A stretch of 64,000 bases of DNA from an uncultured Gemmatimonadales bacterium (lineage in GTDB: Bacteria > Gemmatimonadota > Gemmatimonadetes > Gemmatimonadales > GWC2-71-9). Location: positions 320,001 through 384,000 of the forward strand of contig CAVOGR010000007.1 of assembly GCA_963695555.1 (NCBI GenBank), in the 5' to 3' direction. Numbering within the stretch: the stretch's first letter is position 1; each line of letters begins with the position of its first letter. Position numbers and translations under genes: made by a program. Positions 8,780 to 17,989 of the stretch are shown in pieces. The notes beneath the pieces are model-generated. The model saw only the letters and a program-made list of their open reading frames with translations. It was not told where the DNA came from and searched no databases.

Positions 8780-10254
8780 GGCTTGGAAGACGGCTCGGCG
8801 GCTGGCGCTCCCGAGGCCCCCGGCACCGGGGGCGGTCCGGCGGCCGGCTCGAGCGTCGGAGTGGGGGCAGGACCTGGCACCGTCGTCGGCGTCTTACTGC
8901 CGGGCGGCGTGCGCGCCTCGTTCGCCAACTCCACGGCACGGGTCAGGCCATTGGGGTGGATTCGATATCCGGCCTGCTCCCGGAGCACGGTACTCAACGA
9001 TGATGGCAGGCGGCGGAGAATGGCCTGCCCCTGGGTGATGCGCGTGAAGAAGTCGTCCACCTTGAGCACGGCCACCTCGGCGCGCTGGTCCGCTGACAGC
9101 GAGGAATCGGTCACATCGCTGGTGAGTCCCAGCGCCTGGCGCAACGTGTCGACGGATGCGCGATAGTATGCGGTAATCGACTGCCACTCCACCGGGCTCA
9201 GCGTGATGCCGGCGGAATCGGCTTGGCGCAGCAGCAGGATGTTGGTCGACAATCGCTCGGCAAACAGCCGGAGCTGCTCGTCCTCGGCGGCAGCGATCTG
9301 TCCCATGGCCGGAGACAGTTCCGGCGTTTGCACCCAGCGCAGAAAGTCCGCAACCGTCAAGCCGCCACCCTCGAACGCGGTCAGCTGCTTTTTCGAGCCC
9401 TTCATGCCCAACGGATCCTTGATGGCTTGCCGCATGACCGCCGGCGCGCCGGACTTCACCTTGAGTGCATGGACCTTGCCGAGTTCGTCGAGATAGAGGC
9501 TGTCGAGTTGGCCTTGGACCTGTTCCTTTTGCCAAGTGAGCAATCGCTCGCGCACCATCTCCACCGGTGGCCGGTAGATGACGTGATAGCCGAATGGTGT
9601 CTCGACGACATCCGACAGCGCCCCGGGACCGAGTTGCCACCCGGCACTGTCAAATGCCGTGACAAAGCCGCCGCGTGCGGTGGGCGGGAGGTAGCCGTTG
9701 TCCCGGCGACTCCCGGGATCATCCGAGAGCCCGCTCGCGAGTTGACCGAAATCCGCCCCACGGCGCACGCGCCCCAGCGCTTGTACCGCCTTCTGTCGGG
9801 CTGCCGCGCGCTCGTTGCTCGGTGCCCCCTGCGCCACGCGGAACAGCATGTGCTGGAAGATCCGAACACTGTCGGCGGCATAGACGCTGTCCGCCAGTTC
9901 CGGCCCCACCGATGCCCGGCGCGCCACCAGGGTGTCGTACCACTGGGTGGCCTTGAGCTCCGCGATATCGGACCACATGACCCGTGCGATGTCAGCGGAA
10001 TCCGACGGGAGAGTGCCGGCCGCGACGGCCTGGGCAAACAAGGTGTAGTCCACCCAGACGTTGGAGATGAACTCGGCCGCTTGTGGCGTGAGCTGGACGC
10101 CCTTGGTGCGTGCCATGAGTTCGCCCACCTGCTGGACCGTCAATTGCCGGTCGCCGGCTTCGGCGGCCACATCGGCGTGGCTCGAGAACATGTCGCGGAT
10201 TTCTCCGCAACCGGTTGTGGCCACGAGGCCTAGCATCACTAACGCCCTACGCAT
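8776..10254 (-). CDS. Parvulin-type peptidyl-prolyl isomerase lipoprotein
   Basis: Lipobox ATTGC, SDDPGSRRDNGYL, ETPFGYHVI. Confidence 0.85.
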   Translation of the reverse strand: MRRALVMLGLVATTGCGEIRDMFSSHADVAAEAGDRQLTVQQVGELMARTKGVQLTPQAAEFISNVWVDYTLFAQAVAAGTLPSDSADIARVMWSDIAELKATQWYDTLVARRASVGPELADSVYAADSVRIFQHMLFRVAQGAPSNERAAARQKAVQALGRVRRGADFGQLASGLSDDPGSRRDNGYLPPTARGGFVTAFDSAGWQLGPGALSDVVETPFGYHVIYRPPVEMVRERLLTWQKEQVQGQLDSLYLDELGKVHALKVKSGAPAVMRQAIKDPLGMKGSKKQLTAFEGGGLTVADFLRWVQTPELSPAMGQIAAAEDEQLRLFAERLSTNILLLRQADSAGITLSPVEWQSITAYYRASVDTLRQALGLTSDVTDSSLSADQRAEVAVLKVDDFFTRITQGQAILRRLPSSLSTVLREQAGYRIHPNGLTRAVELANEARTPPGSKTPTTVPGPAPTPTLEPAAGPPPVPGASGAPAAEPSSKP

Positions 10255-10298
10255 GCGCGCTCCAAGTCCGGGACAGAAGGCTGAAACCAGGCCGGAAT

Positions 10299-13200
10299 CT
10301 AAGCGGATTGTCCGGCCTTCGCCGCCCGGCCCTCGCGCTCGACGGCGCGGAGCGCCCGCACCAGCGTGGGGAGCATGGGCTCACCGCCCAAGCGGTGGAG
10401 CCTAAGCGACAGGGGCACGGTCCGGCGCACATCCGCAGCGAGTTGTACGTGATCGAGCGCCGCGGTCAGGCCGGCCAGCCGGGGTGTCGTGCCAGACCGA
10501 AAGGTGAGCCGCGCCTCGTCCCCCCGTACCAGGACGTGCTGCAGGCCGAGGGTCGCACCGATGACTCTGATCCGAGCGATGTCGAGGAGCGCCCGCACGG
10601 CGGCCGGCAGCGGACCAAACCGCTCCCGGAGTTCTTGCTGCACGTCATCGACCGACTCGGCATCGCGGGCCCGCGCGAGGCGGCGGTACACATCGAGTTT
10701 CGAGTCGTCGTCCGGCACGTACGCGTCGGGCAGATGCGCCGGCGTATCGACCACGGTTTCCGGTGCCACCCCCTGTGCTTCCACCCCCTGCCCCTTCAAC
10801 GCCCGCACCGTTTCCTCGAGCCATCGCATGTAGAGATCGAAGCCAACCGCATGCGCGTGCCCCGACTGTTCGCCGCCGAGCAGGTTGCCGGCGCCGCGCA
10901 GCTCGAGGTCCTTGAGTGCAATACGGTATCCCGATCCGAGGTCCGTGTGGTGCTCCAGGAACTTCAGGCGCTCCTCGGCGTCGGGATCGACGCTGTCGGG
11001 CACGAGCAAATAACAGAAGGCCCGCCGGTGGCTCCGGCCAACCCGTCCTCGCAGCTGGTACAACTGGGCCAGGCCGAAGCGGTGGGCATCGTGTACGATC
11101 ATGGTGTTCGCATTGGGCACGTCCAAGCCCGATTCGACGATCATGGTGGAGACCAGCACGTCGACCTCGCCCGCCACGAATCGGCGCATGACGCCGTCGA
11201 GGGCCTCGGGCCGCAGCTGCCCGTGGGCGACCGCAACCTCCGCGCGAGGGGCCAGAGACTGGATTCGTGCGGCGATGGTGTGAATGGTCTCGATCCGGTT
11301 GTGCACCACGAAGACCTGCCCGCCTCGATCCAACTCTCGCGCCATGGCCTCTTCGAGCAGCCCGTTGTCCCACGGCTCGACGAAGGTCAGGATCGGGGAC
11401 CGGTCGCGTGGCGCGGTTTCGATCATGCTGATGTCCCGCAGCCCGGCCAGGGAAAGATGCAGGGTGCGCGGGATGGGCGTCGCGGTGAGCGTCAAGACAT
11501 CCACGCTGATGCGCATGGCCTTGAGCTGTTCTTTGTGTCGCACGCCGAAGCGGTGCTCCTCGTCGACGATGAGGAGACCCAGATCCTTGAATCGGACGTC
11601 CTTGGAGAGCAGCCGGTGCGTGCCGATCACCACGTCCACCTGACCCGAGTGGAGCCGCGTGAGCACCTCCCGCTGTTCCTTCGGGGTCCGGAACCGGGAT
11701 AACACCTCGACCTGCACTGGGAAATCGGCCAACCGCTCGGTAAAGGTACGGCCGTGCTGTTCGGCGAGAATGGTCGTCGGCACCAACATCGCCGCCTGTT
11801 TGCCGGCCTGCAGAGCCTTGAAGGCGGCCCGCACCCCGACCTCGGTCTTCCCGTACCCGACATCGCCCACCAGGAGCCGGTCCATCGGCATCGGACGCTC
11901 CATGTCGGCTTTGACTTCCTCGGTGGCCTGACGCTGGTCGGGCGTGTCCTCGTAGAGAAAGCTCGATTCGAGCTCACGCTGCCATCGAGTGTCGGGCGGG
12001 AACCCGAAGCCCGTGGTGACGGTGCGCCGAGCGTAGAGATCCAGCAGCTCGGCTGCCATCTGCCGGATCGCTTGGTGAGTGCGCTCGCGGGTCCGTTTCC
12101 ACGTCGTCCCACCCAACTTGTGGATCCGCGGGGCCGCGCCGTCATCTCCGTCTCCGACCCGAAACGGCTCGAGCTGATCGAGCTGGTACAGCGGAACGTT
12201 GAGCCGGTCCCCACCCTGGTACTCCACGATCGCCACATCCAGCGGCGCACCCTCGAACTGGATGGAGTTGATGCCGCGGTACACGCCGACACCATGCTCG
12301 AGATGGACGACGTAGTCGCCCGCCTTGAGCGCCCCCGTGAGCGCCGACGGCGCTGCCTCGCGGTACCGTCGCGCCCGGCGCAGCCGCCGAGCCCGCCGGA
12401 AGACCTCGTGGTCGGTCAGCACCCGGAGCGTCGGCATGACGAATCCGCCGTCGAGCGCCCCGATGGCGAGAGTGGTGGACGGAGGCAACTGCCCGCGGAC
12501 CTCGAGCAGGTCTTCCAAGCGCTCGAGTTGCCCTTCGTTGTCGCACAGGATGACGGTGGGGGGGTCGCCACCGAGGAGGGCCCGGAGACGATTCATGCTG
12601 CGGTCGACCCGCTCCGGGGGAAAGAACCCCATCACCATATCGCTTGGGGCATCCGGCGGCGACAGCACGAGCCGTGGATACGACTCCAGCCGCGCGCGCC
12701 ACTCCGCCGGCTCCACGTAGAGCGACGAGCGTGAGGGAACGAGCTCGCCGAGGCGCCGGGCAACCTCGAGATGATGTTCGGCGTCCTGCCACGCACGCGC
12801 GACTTCAGCCTCGTGGCGTTCCCCACCGTCCACCACCACCAGCGAATCCCCCGGCAAGAGCTCGAACAGACTCTGGCGCGTCGTTTGGGTCTGGCCGGAC
12901 CGCGCTTCGCTGCTCTCCACTCGCGCCACGATGGGAAGCACTGTGATGTCTTCGAGATCACCCAAGGACCGTTGGGTCGTCAGATCGAAGCCCCGGAGCG
13001 ACACCAGATCATCACCCCACCACTCGCAGCGCGCGGGCGTCGCCATGCCGAAGCCGTAGATGTCGACAATGCCGCCCCGAATGCTGTATTGGGTTACCTC
13101 AGTGACTACCGGGACCCGGTGGTACCCCATCCGCTCGAGTTGCTCGCCCACCCGGCTCAGCGAGGTAGCCGAATTCCCCGGGCCTGGACGAAGTCGGAGC

Positions 13201-13616
13201 GTGCTCTGCGACAACACCGCTGGAATTGGCGAACGCTCGGCCGTGGCGCGAACAGGGGTGACCAGGATCCGGAGCTTTCCGCTCAGGAGCGCCTCGAGTG
13301 TCTCCACTCGCTCGCCTGCGATGTCGTAGTGCGGCTCGTCTTCTCCCAGTCCTTCGCGTTGGGGATAGAGCGCGATCGGCAGATCCGTGAGCGATTGGAG
13401 GTCGCTGAGCCATCGGTCGGCTGCGGCCGGCGAGGTGGTGAGCACCGTGATGAACCGCTCAGGGAGCCGGGTGGCGAGCCAGGCTACCAGAACCGCATCA
13501 CTCGAACCCGGGAGACCTCCGACCCGCACCGCGGTCCCGCGAGAGGGCAGCTGCTCGAGCAGGGCCGTCGTGCCACGGGTTTGGTCGAATGCGTCGAGAA
13601 TGAGCCGCACGGTCAT
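10299..13616 (-). CDS. mfd: Transcription-repair coupling factor
   Basis: YVVHLEHGVG, GDVGYGKTEV, DEEHRFGV, TATPIPRTL, QLRGRVGRS, DLELRGAGNLLG. ATG overlaps the upstream stop (ATGA). Confidence 0.97.
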   Translation of the reverse strand: MTVRLILDAFDQTRGTTALLEQLPSRGTAVRVGGLPGSSDAVLVAWLATRLPERFITVLTTSPAAADRWLSDLQSLTDLPIALYPQREGLGEDEPHYDIAGERVETLEALLSGKLRILVTPVRATAERSPIPAVLSQSTLRLRPGPGNSATSLSRVGEQLERMGYHRVPVVTEVTQYSIRGGIVDIYGFGMATPARCEWWGDDLVSLRGFDLTTQRSLGDLEDITVLPIVARVESSEARSGQTQTTRQSLFELLPGDSLVVVDGGERHEAEVARAWQDAEHHLEVARRLGELVPSRSSLYVEPAEWRARLESYPRLVLSPPDAPSDMVMGFFPPERVDRSMNRLRALLGGDPPTVILCDNEGQLERLEDLLEVRGQLPPSTTLAIGALDGGFVMPTLRVLTDHEVFRRARRLRRARRYREAAPSALTGALKAGDYVVHLEHGVGVYRGINSIQFEGAPLDVAIVEYQGGDRLNVPLYQLDQLEPFRVGDGDDGAAPRIHKLGGTTWKRTRERTHQAIRQMAAELLDLYARRTVTTGFGFPPDTRWQRELESSFLYEDTPDQRQATEEVKADMERPMPMDRLLVGDVGYGKTEVGVRAAFKALQAGKQAAMLVPTTILAEQHGRTFTERLADFPVQVEVLSRFRTPKEQREVLTRLHSGQVDVVIGTHRLLSKDVRFKDLGLLIVDEEHRFGVRHKEQLKAMRISVDVLTLTATPIPRTLHLSLAGLRDISMIETAPRDRSPILTFVEPWDNGLLEEAMARELDRGGQVFVVHNRIETIHTIAARIQSLAPRAEVAVAHGQLRPEALDGVMRRFVAGEVDVLVSTMIVESGLDVPNANTMIVHDAHRFGLAQLYQLRGRVGRSHRRAFCYLLVPDSVDPDAEERLKFLEHHTDLGSGYRIALKDLELRGAGNLLGGEQSGHAHAVGFDLYMRWLEETVRALKGQGVEAQGVAPETVVDTPAHLPDAYVPDDDSKLDVYRRLARARDAESVDDVQQELRERFGPLPAAVRALLDIARIRVIGATLGLQHVLVRGDEARLTFRSGTTPRLAGLTAALDHVQLAADVRRTVPLSLRLHRLGGEPMLPTLVRALRAVEREGRAAKAGQSA

Positions 13617-15397
13617 CCCACGCGTCTCCCGGCACTTGCCACCGCCACCTCCGCGAGGCCGAGGAGGAGGGCCAGCCACAGGAGCGCACCCCGAAGGTCG
13701 CTCCGGGCCCCGGCAGTAAACGCGACCTCCTCTACTTCATCGAGCGTGACCAGGCGGGCGGAGCGCCAGAGGCTCCTCACCTGCTGATCGGATGCGCGCG
13801 TCAGCTTCGATTCACGGGGGTCGACGTTGACAGCCAGCGCCCCCACGGTATCTCCCTCGGCCAGCAGATAATAGGCACCGACGGCGGGCGCCCTGAAGGC
13901 GGCTCCTCCTTCGACCCGCCAGGAACGGTCGCCGAGTCTGATCTCGGTCACCCGGTCAGGCAGCTGCACCGCATCACCCGGGGCGGCGGAGAGGAACGCC
14001 AAGCCGCCCTGCGCGACCTGATTCACGAGAAGATCGAGGAATGGCACGAACTCGGCCGTGACTGGCAGGTCGGTCCACTCGGGGTCGAACCGACTCGCCA
14101 CCAACACGACGTCACGGCTCTGAATCATCCACGGCTCGCCATTCACGGTGAGCAAGACGCCGGTACGGCCGCTCGCCGTTGGTTCGAGGCGGAGCCGGCG
14201 GCGCACCACAACGGACCCGAGCATTCCTGCACTGTCCGTCGCCTGCTCGATTGTGATCGCTTCTCCAAAACGCCAATCGATGCCACGCCGGCCCAAGGCG
14301 CGGTTCAACGCGCCGAGTTGTGCTGGATCGGCCGGTGGAAGAACGATCGACGTTCCGTTCCCGAGCATCCCGAGAGTGATCCGGTCACCCCGCGTGACGC
14401 GTCCGGCGGACGCAAGCACTTCGCATGCCGCCGACACGTGGCGGTCGAGCGGATTCCAGGACAGTCGCGCCGGAGGCGCCACCCGAACGGTGGAGACATG
14501 CGTGTCATCGACGCGCAGTTCATCCGGGTCGAGCGTTGCGGTGAGCGGCCACCACCCAGCGGGCAGGCCGGCGACCCGGATCTCGGCGGGAGCACCGACG
14601 GTCACCAGGGCTTGCCGCGGGGGACGGTCACCAGGTCGGATGGCAGCCGATACGGTTCGGCCTGAGTCACCCGCCAGGGCGAGCGTAACCCGTCCTCCAT
14701 CAGGAAGCCATGGCTGCACACCGGGGTCGAGGCCGGCGATGCCGGCGTTCCCGGGCAGGGCTTCGAGCGGGCGGGCAACCACCAGCTGAGCCTCCAGCGC
14801 GGCCTCCGAGATTGCGCTGGCCTGCAGGTCGCTCAGCACGATGATTTCGCCGGGCCGTTGATCAGCCGCGAGGATATCGTCCCCTGCAGCGACGGCAGCC
14901 CCCAAATCCAACCGCTGATCGGAGGGCCGGGTATCAGCCACGATGGCCTCGAGCGCCTCACGGCCCCCTCGTCGAGCAACGCCGTCCGCAAGCAAGAGCC
15001 AGAGAGCGTCATCCGGGGTCGCCTTGGCGAGCACGGCCAGCGCGGCGTCACCGAGGCCGTCAATGACCGGGATGCCGTCCACCACCGCACCACTGCTGGC
15101 GGAATTGTCGAGAACCAGGACCAGAGCGCCCGGAGCGTGCCCGGGTGCGCCGGCCACCGGGACGGATGGCGCCGCGGCGGCCAGGACCAGGGCCATGATG
15201 AGCGCAGTGCGCAGGGACAGGAGCAGCAGGTTTCGGAGTTTGAGCCGCCGGTGATGCTGCCGGGTCGTATCGACCAGGTATTGGATCGCGGGGAAGACGA
15301 CCGTGGGCGGACGGCGCCGCGCGATCAAATGGAGTACGATCGGAACGGCGGCCGCCATTAGGCCCAGGAGCGCCCACGGATACAGAAAGCTGATCAC
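13613..15397 (-). CDS. BatA-domain / vWA membrane protein
   Basis: N-terminus SFLYPWALLGL..PIVLHL..FPAIQYL (BatA), MIDAS-like LDNSASS, C-terminal TM helix. Confidence 0.82.
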   Translation of the reverse strand: MISFLYPWALLGLMAAAVPIVLHLIARRRPPTVVFPAIQYLVDTTRQHHRRLKLRNLLLLSLRTALIMALVLAAAAPSVPVAGAPGHAPGALVLVLDNSASSGAVVDGIPVIDGLGDAALAVLAKATPDDALWLLLADGVARRGGREALEAIVADTRPSDQRLDLGAAVAAGDDILAADQRPGEIIVLSDLQASAISEAALEAQLVVARPLEALPGNAGIAGLDPGVQPWLPDGGRVTLALAGDSGRTVSAAIRPGDRPPRQALVTVGAPAEIRVAGLPAGWWPLTATLDPDELRVDDTHVSTVRVAPPARLSWNPLDRHVSAACEVLASAGRVTRGDRITLGMLGNGTSIVLPPADPAQLGALNRALGRRGIDWRFGEAITIEQATDSAGMLGSVVVRRRLRLEPTASGRTGVLLTVNGEPWMIQSRDVVLVASRFDPEWTDLPVTAEFVPFLDLLVNQVAQGGLAFLSAAPGDAVQLPDRVTEIRLGDRSWRVEGGAAFRAPAVGAYYLLAEGDTVGALAVNVDPRESKLTRASDQQVRSLWRSARLVTLDEVEEVAFTAGARSDLRGALLWLALLLGLAEVAVASAGRRVG

Positions 15398-16290
15398 GCG
15401 AGACCGGCTGGCTCTGCCAGCACCTCCCGAAGCGCAAGACCGAATGGCGTGTCGGTCGTAACGCAGTGGTAGCCGATGCCGATGCTGCGACAGGCGAGTC
15501 GCCAATCCGCAACCGCTTGACGCACCGTCAACTCGTAGACCCGCGCCCAGTCCTTGGGACGCAACGTCACCGAGGCCTCGGTCTCGGGATCTTCGAAACG
15601 CGCTTCGGCCGGGCCACTGAGCGACCGCTCACCCGGGTCCATGATGTGCAGCACCAGCACTTGATGCCCGCGGTGGCGCAGGAAGCGGAGCGCTCGCACG
15701 GCAAGATCCCGATCGAACAAGAGATCCGAAACGAAGACCACCAGTCCGCGCCGCCGGAGCGCCGCCAGTACTCGAGTGAGCGCCTGCTCGGCTGCGGTGC
15801 CTTGCCCGGACTCGAGTCGAGCCAGCGTGGTCAGCAGAAGACGCCAGTGCTTCATGCGCGCCCGTGGCGGGGTGATCGAACGAATCTCGTCGTCGAAGGT
15901 GATGAGCCCGGTCGCATCGTGCTGGCGGATCAGGATGAGGGCCAGCGCGGCCACCAGACGCCGTGCGTAGTCGAGCTTGGTGAGGAGTTCCTCCGGCGAG
16001 CCGGTCCAAGCCATCGAGCGGCTGGTGTCGAACACGATCATGGCGCGGAGGTTGGTCTCCTCCTCGAATTGCTTCACGTAGAGGCGATCCTTGCGTCCCA
16101 GGATCTTCCAGTCGACGTAGCGAAGCTCGTCACCCGGCTGGTACGCGCGATGCTCGGCAAACTCGACGGAAAACCCTCGGCGGGGTGAGCGGTGAAGCCC
16201 GGTCAGGAACCCCTCGACGATCCCGCCGGTCACCAGTTCGAGCCCTCCCAGCCGGGCCGCCTCCACGGGGTCCAACAGATCGATCCGCAT
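15394..16290 (-). CDS. DUF58 family vWA protein
   Basis: GLHRSPRRGFSVEFAEHRAYQPGDELRYVDWK, VKQFEEETN, DTSRSM. Confidence 0.92.
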   Translation of the reverse strand: MRIDLLDPVEAARLGGLELVTGGIVEGFLTGLHRSPRRGFSVEFAEHRAYQPGDELRYVDWKILGRKDRLYVKQFEEETNLRAMIVFDTSRSMAWTGSPEELLTKLDYARRLVAALALILIRQHDATGLITFDDEIRSITPPRARMKHWRLLLTTLARLESGQGTAAEQALTRVLAALRRRGLVVFVSDLLFDRDLAVRALRFLRHRGHQVLVLHIMDPGERSLSGPAEARFEDPETEASVTLRPKDWARVYELTVRQAVADWRLACRSIGIGYHCVTTDTPFGLALREVLAEPAGLA

Positions 16291-16404
16291 TACCGTGGGG
16301 CCGGCGTCGTGGCCCACCGCGGTGGCCCTCCCGCGGTCGGGTGTCCCCGCGGCCGGACATCTCGGCCTAGCCGGATCCCCGGTCCGCCACGGTATCTCGT
16401 TTTC

Positions 16405-16449
16405 TTGTAAGAGGTTACCGTCAAGGAATGGGGTGGCATGCCCCCTGCT
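16405..16449 (+). promoter_or_regulatory. sigma54 (-24/-12) promoter with possible IHF site
   Basis: TGGCATG-CCCC-CTGCT at 16434-16449 has GG-N10-GC spacing. TTGTAAGAGGTTA at 16405-16417 partly matches IHF WATCAANNNNTTR. Confidence 0.55.
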
Positions 16450-16491
16450 GTCTTGGCATGCGGACGTTGGGACACGACGACCGGAGTTACC

Positions 16492-17874
16492 ATGATTATT
16501 TCACTCACCCTCGCGATCGCGACCAGTTTGGGAACCCCACCGGCGGGCGACGCATGGGTTCCGCCATTCGGGCTACAGCCCCGCGTCACGGTCTGGACCA
16601 ACCGGGACGAAGATCCGTATTACCGGGGCGAACGGGTCCAGGTCTATTTCAGTACGGACCGCGATGCCTATGTGACGATCTTCCGGGTCGACACCGATGG
16701 ACGCCTACGGGTGTTGTTCCCGGTGGAGCCTTGGGAAGATAACTTCGCGCGGGGCGACAGGACGTTCGAGGTACTCGGACGCGCCGGCACGCCGGCCTTC
16801 CGTATCGACGATCCCCCCGGCGTCGGGTACATCTTCGCGGTCAGCTCACTCGACCCCTTCGATTACCATGAGATCTCCCTCAGGGACCGCTGGGATTATC
16901 GAGCCGTCTCCGACGGTCAGGTGGCCGGCGACCCGTACGTGGCTCTGACGGACCTGGCCGACCGTATCGCGTATCGGAGCGACTACGACTACGACATTAT
17001 ACCGTACTACGTCGAGCGGCATTACGACTATCCGCGGTTCGTGTGCTACGACTGCCATATACACCCCATGTACTCTCGGTGGGATCCGTACGGGACCTCC
17101 TGCACCAACTTCCGATTGGTGATCTACGACGATCCTTATTACTACCCCTACCGCCGGTATGACGGGCGACGGGTCGTGATCGTGCGGCCCAAGCGGCCGG
17201 GCGCACGGTACGTCTTCAAGGACGCGGACGGCAAGAGCGATTACGTCACCCGGGCGCGGCGTCCCGCCACGACCGATCGGGATCGGCGGGCGGCGGAAGG
17301 TGACAGGTCGGGTAAGGATGTCGGCGGCCGTGGTTCGGTGCCCGCACCGGTCGAGCCGCGCACCCGGAGGCCGACTCCCACCCAGCCGGCTCCGACTACG
17401 GGAGCTCCGGATCGTCGGCGCACCACCGAGCCGGACCGGGCGCGGCCGATGGTGCCGAGCACCCGCCCGGCCCCGGAGGCGGAAAGCGGCCGGCGTGGAG
17501 TGGTCGTCCCGCGGCCGGACGCCGTGAAACCAGATCGCCCGGACGACGATCAGCGGCGCCAGGTGAAGGATCAGCCGACGCGCAGAGCGCTGCCGCCCAA
17601 CGCGGCTCCCGCTCCCGCTCAGTCGAACAAGGAGGTGCAGCGCCGGCCCACTGATTCGGGCAACCGGGCCCGGACTCCGGATCGGTCCACCACCCGCCGC
17701 GCCAATCCGTCGACCCCCACCGCGCAGAAGGAGCCGCGCCGGGCCCCGGCGGTGTCTCGTCCCGCACCCACCCGGGCCAAGACACCCCGGGCGGAGCCCA
17801 AGCGGGCCGCCCCACCGAAGACCACCCCCCGAAAGAGCACTGGTACTCCTGAACTCAAGCGGCGCAAACCCTGA
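16492..17874 (+). CDS. Exported DUF4384-domain protein with CxxCH motif and Arg/Pro-rich tail
   Basis: SD GGAG, hydrophobic N-terminus, YYRGERVQVYFSTDRDAYVTIFRVDTDGRLRVLFP (DUF4384-like), CYDCH, low-complexity basic C-terminus. Confidence 0.8.
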   Translation: MIISLTLAIATSLGTPPAGDAWVPPFGLQPRVTVWTNRDEDPYYRGERVQVYFSTDRDAYVTIFRVDTDGRLRVLFPVEPWEDNFARGDRTFEVLGRAGTPAFRIDDPPGVGYIFAVSSLDPFDYHEISLRDRWDYRAVSDGQVAGDPYVALTDLADRIAYRSDYDYDIIPYYVERHYDYPRFVCYDCHIHPMYSRWDPYGTSCTNFRLVIYDDPYYYPYRRYDGRRVVIVRPKRPGARYVFKDADGKSDYVTRARRPATTDRDRRAAEGDRSGKDVGGRGSVPAPVEPRTRRPTPTQPAPTTGAPDRRRTTEPDRARPMVPSTRPAPEAESGRRGVVVPRPDAVKPDRPDDDQRRQVKDQPTRRALPPNAAPAPAQSNKEVQRRPTDSGNRARTPDRSTTRRANPSTPTAQKEPRRAPAVSRPAPTRAKTPRAEPKRAAPPKTTPRKSTGTPELKRRKP

Positions 17875-17897
17875 AGGACGCTCCTTCACGCGGCCAC

Positions 17898-17932
17898 CGG
17901 CGTCCGTTCGACACTTTTTCGAGCGGGCGCCG
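17898..17932 (+). terminator. Hairpin / possible terminator after the DUF4384 gene
   Basis: CGGCGTCCGTTCGA pairs with TCGAGCGGGCGCCG (14 bp, 2 G-U pairs). U tail is weak. Confidence 0.4.
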
Positions 17933-17989
17933 TTATGATAAGTGCCGTTCGTTCAACCTGACGCGAACCTCCCTCAGTGAGATCTCCGA

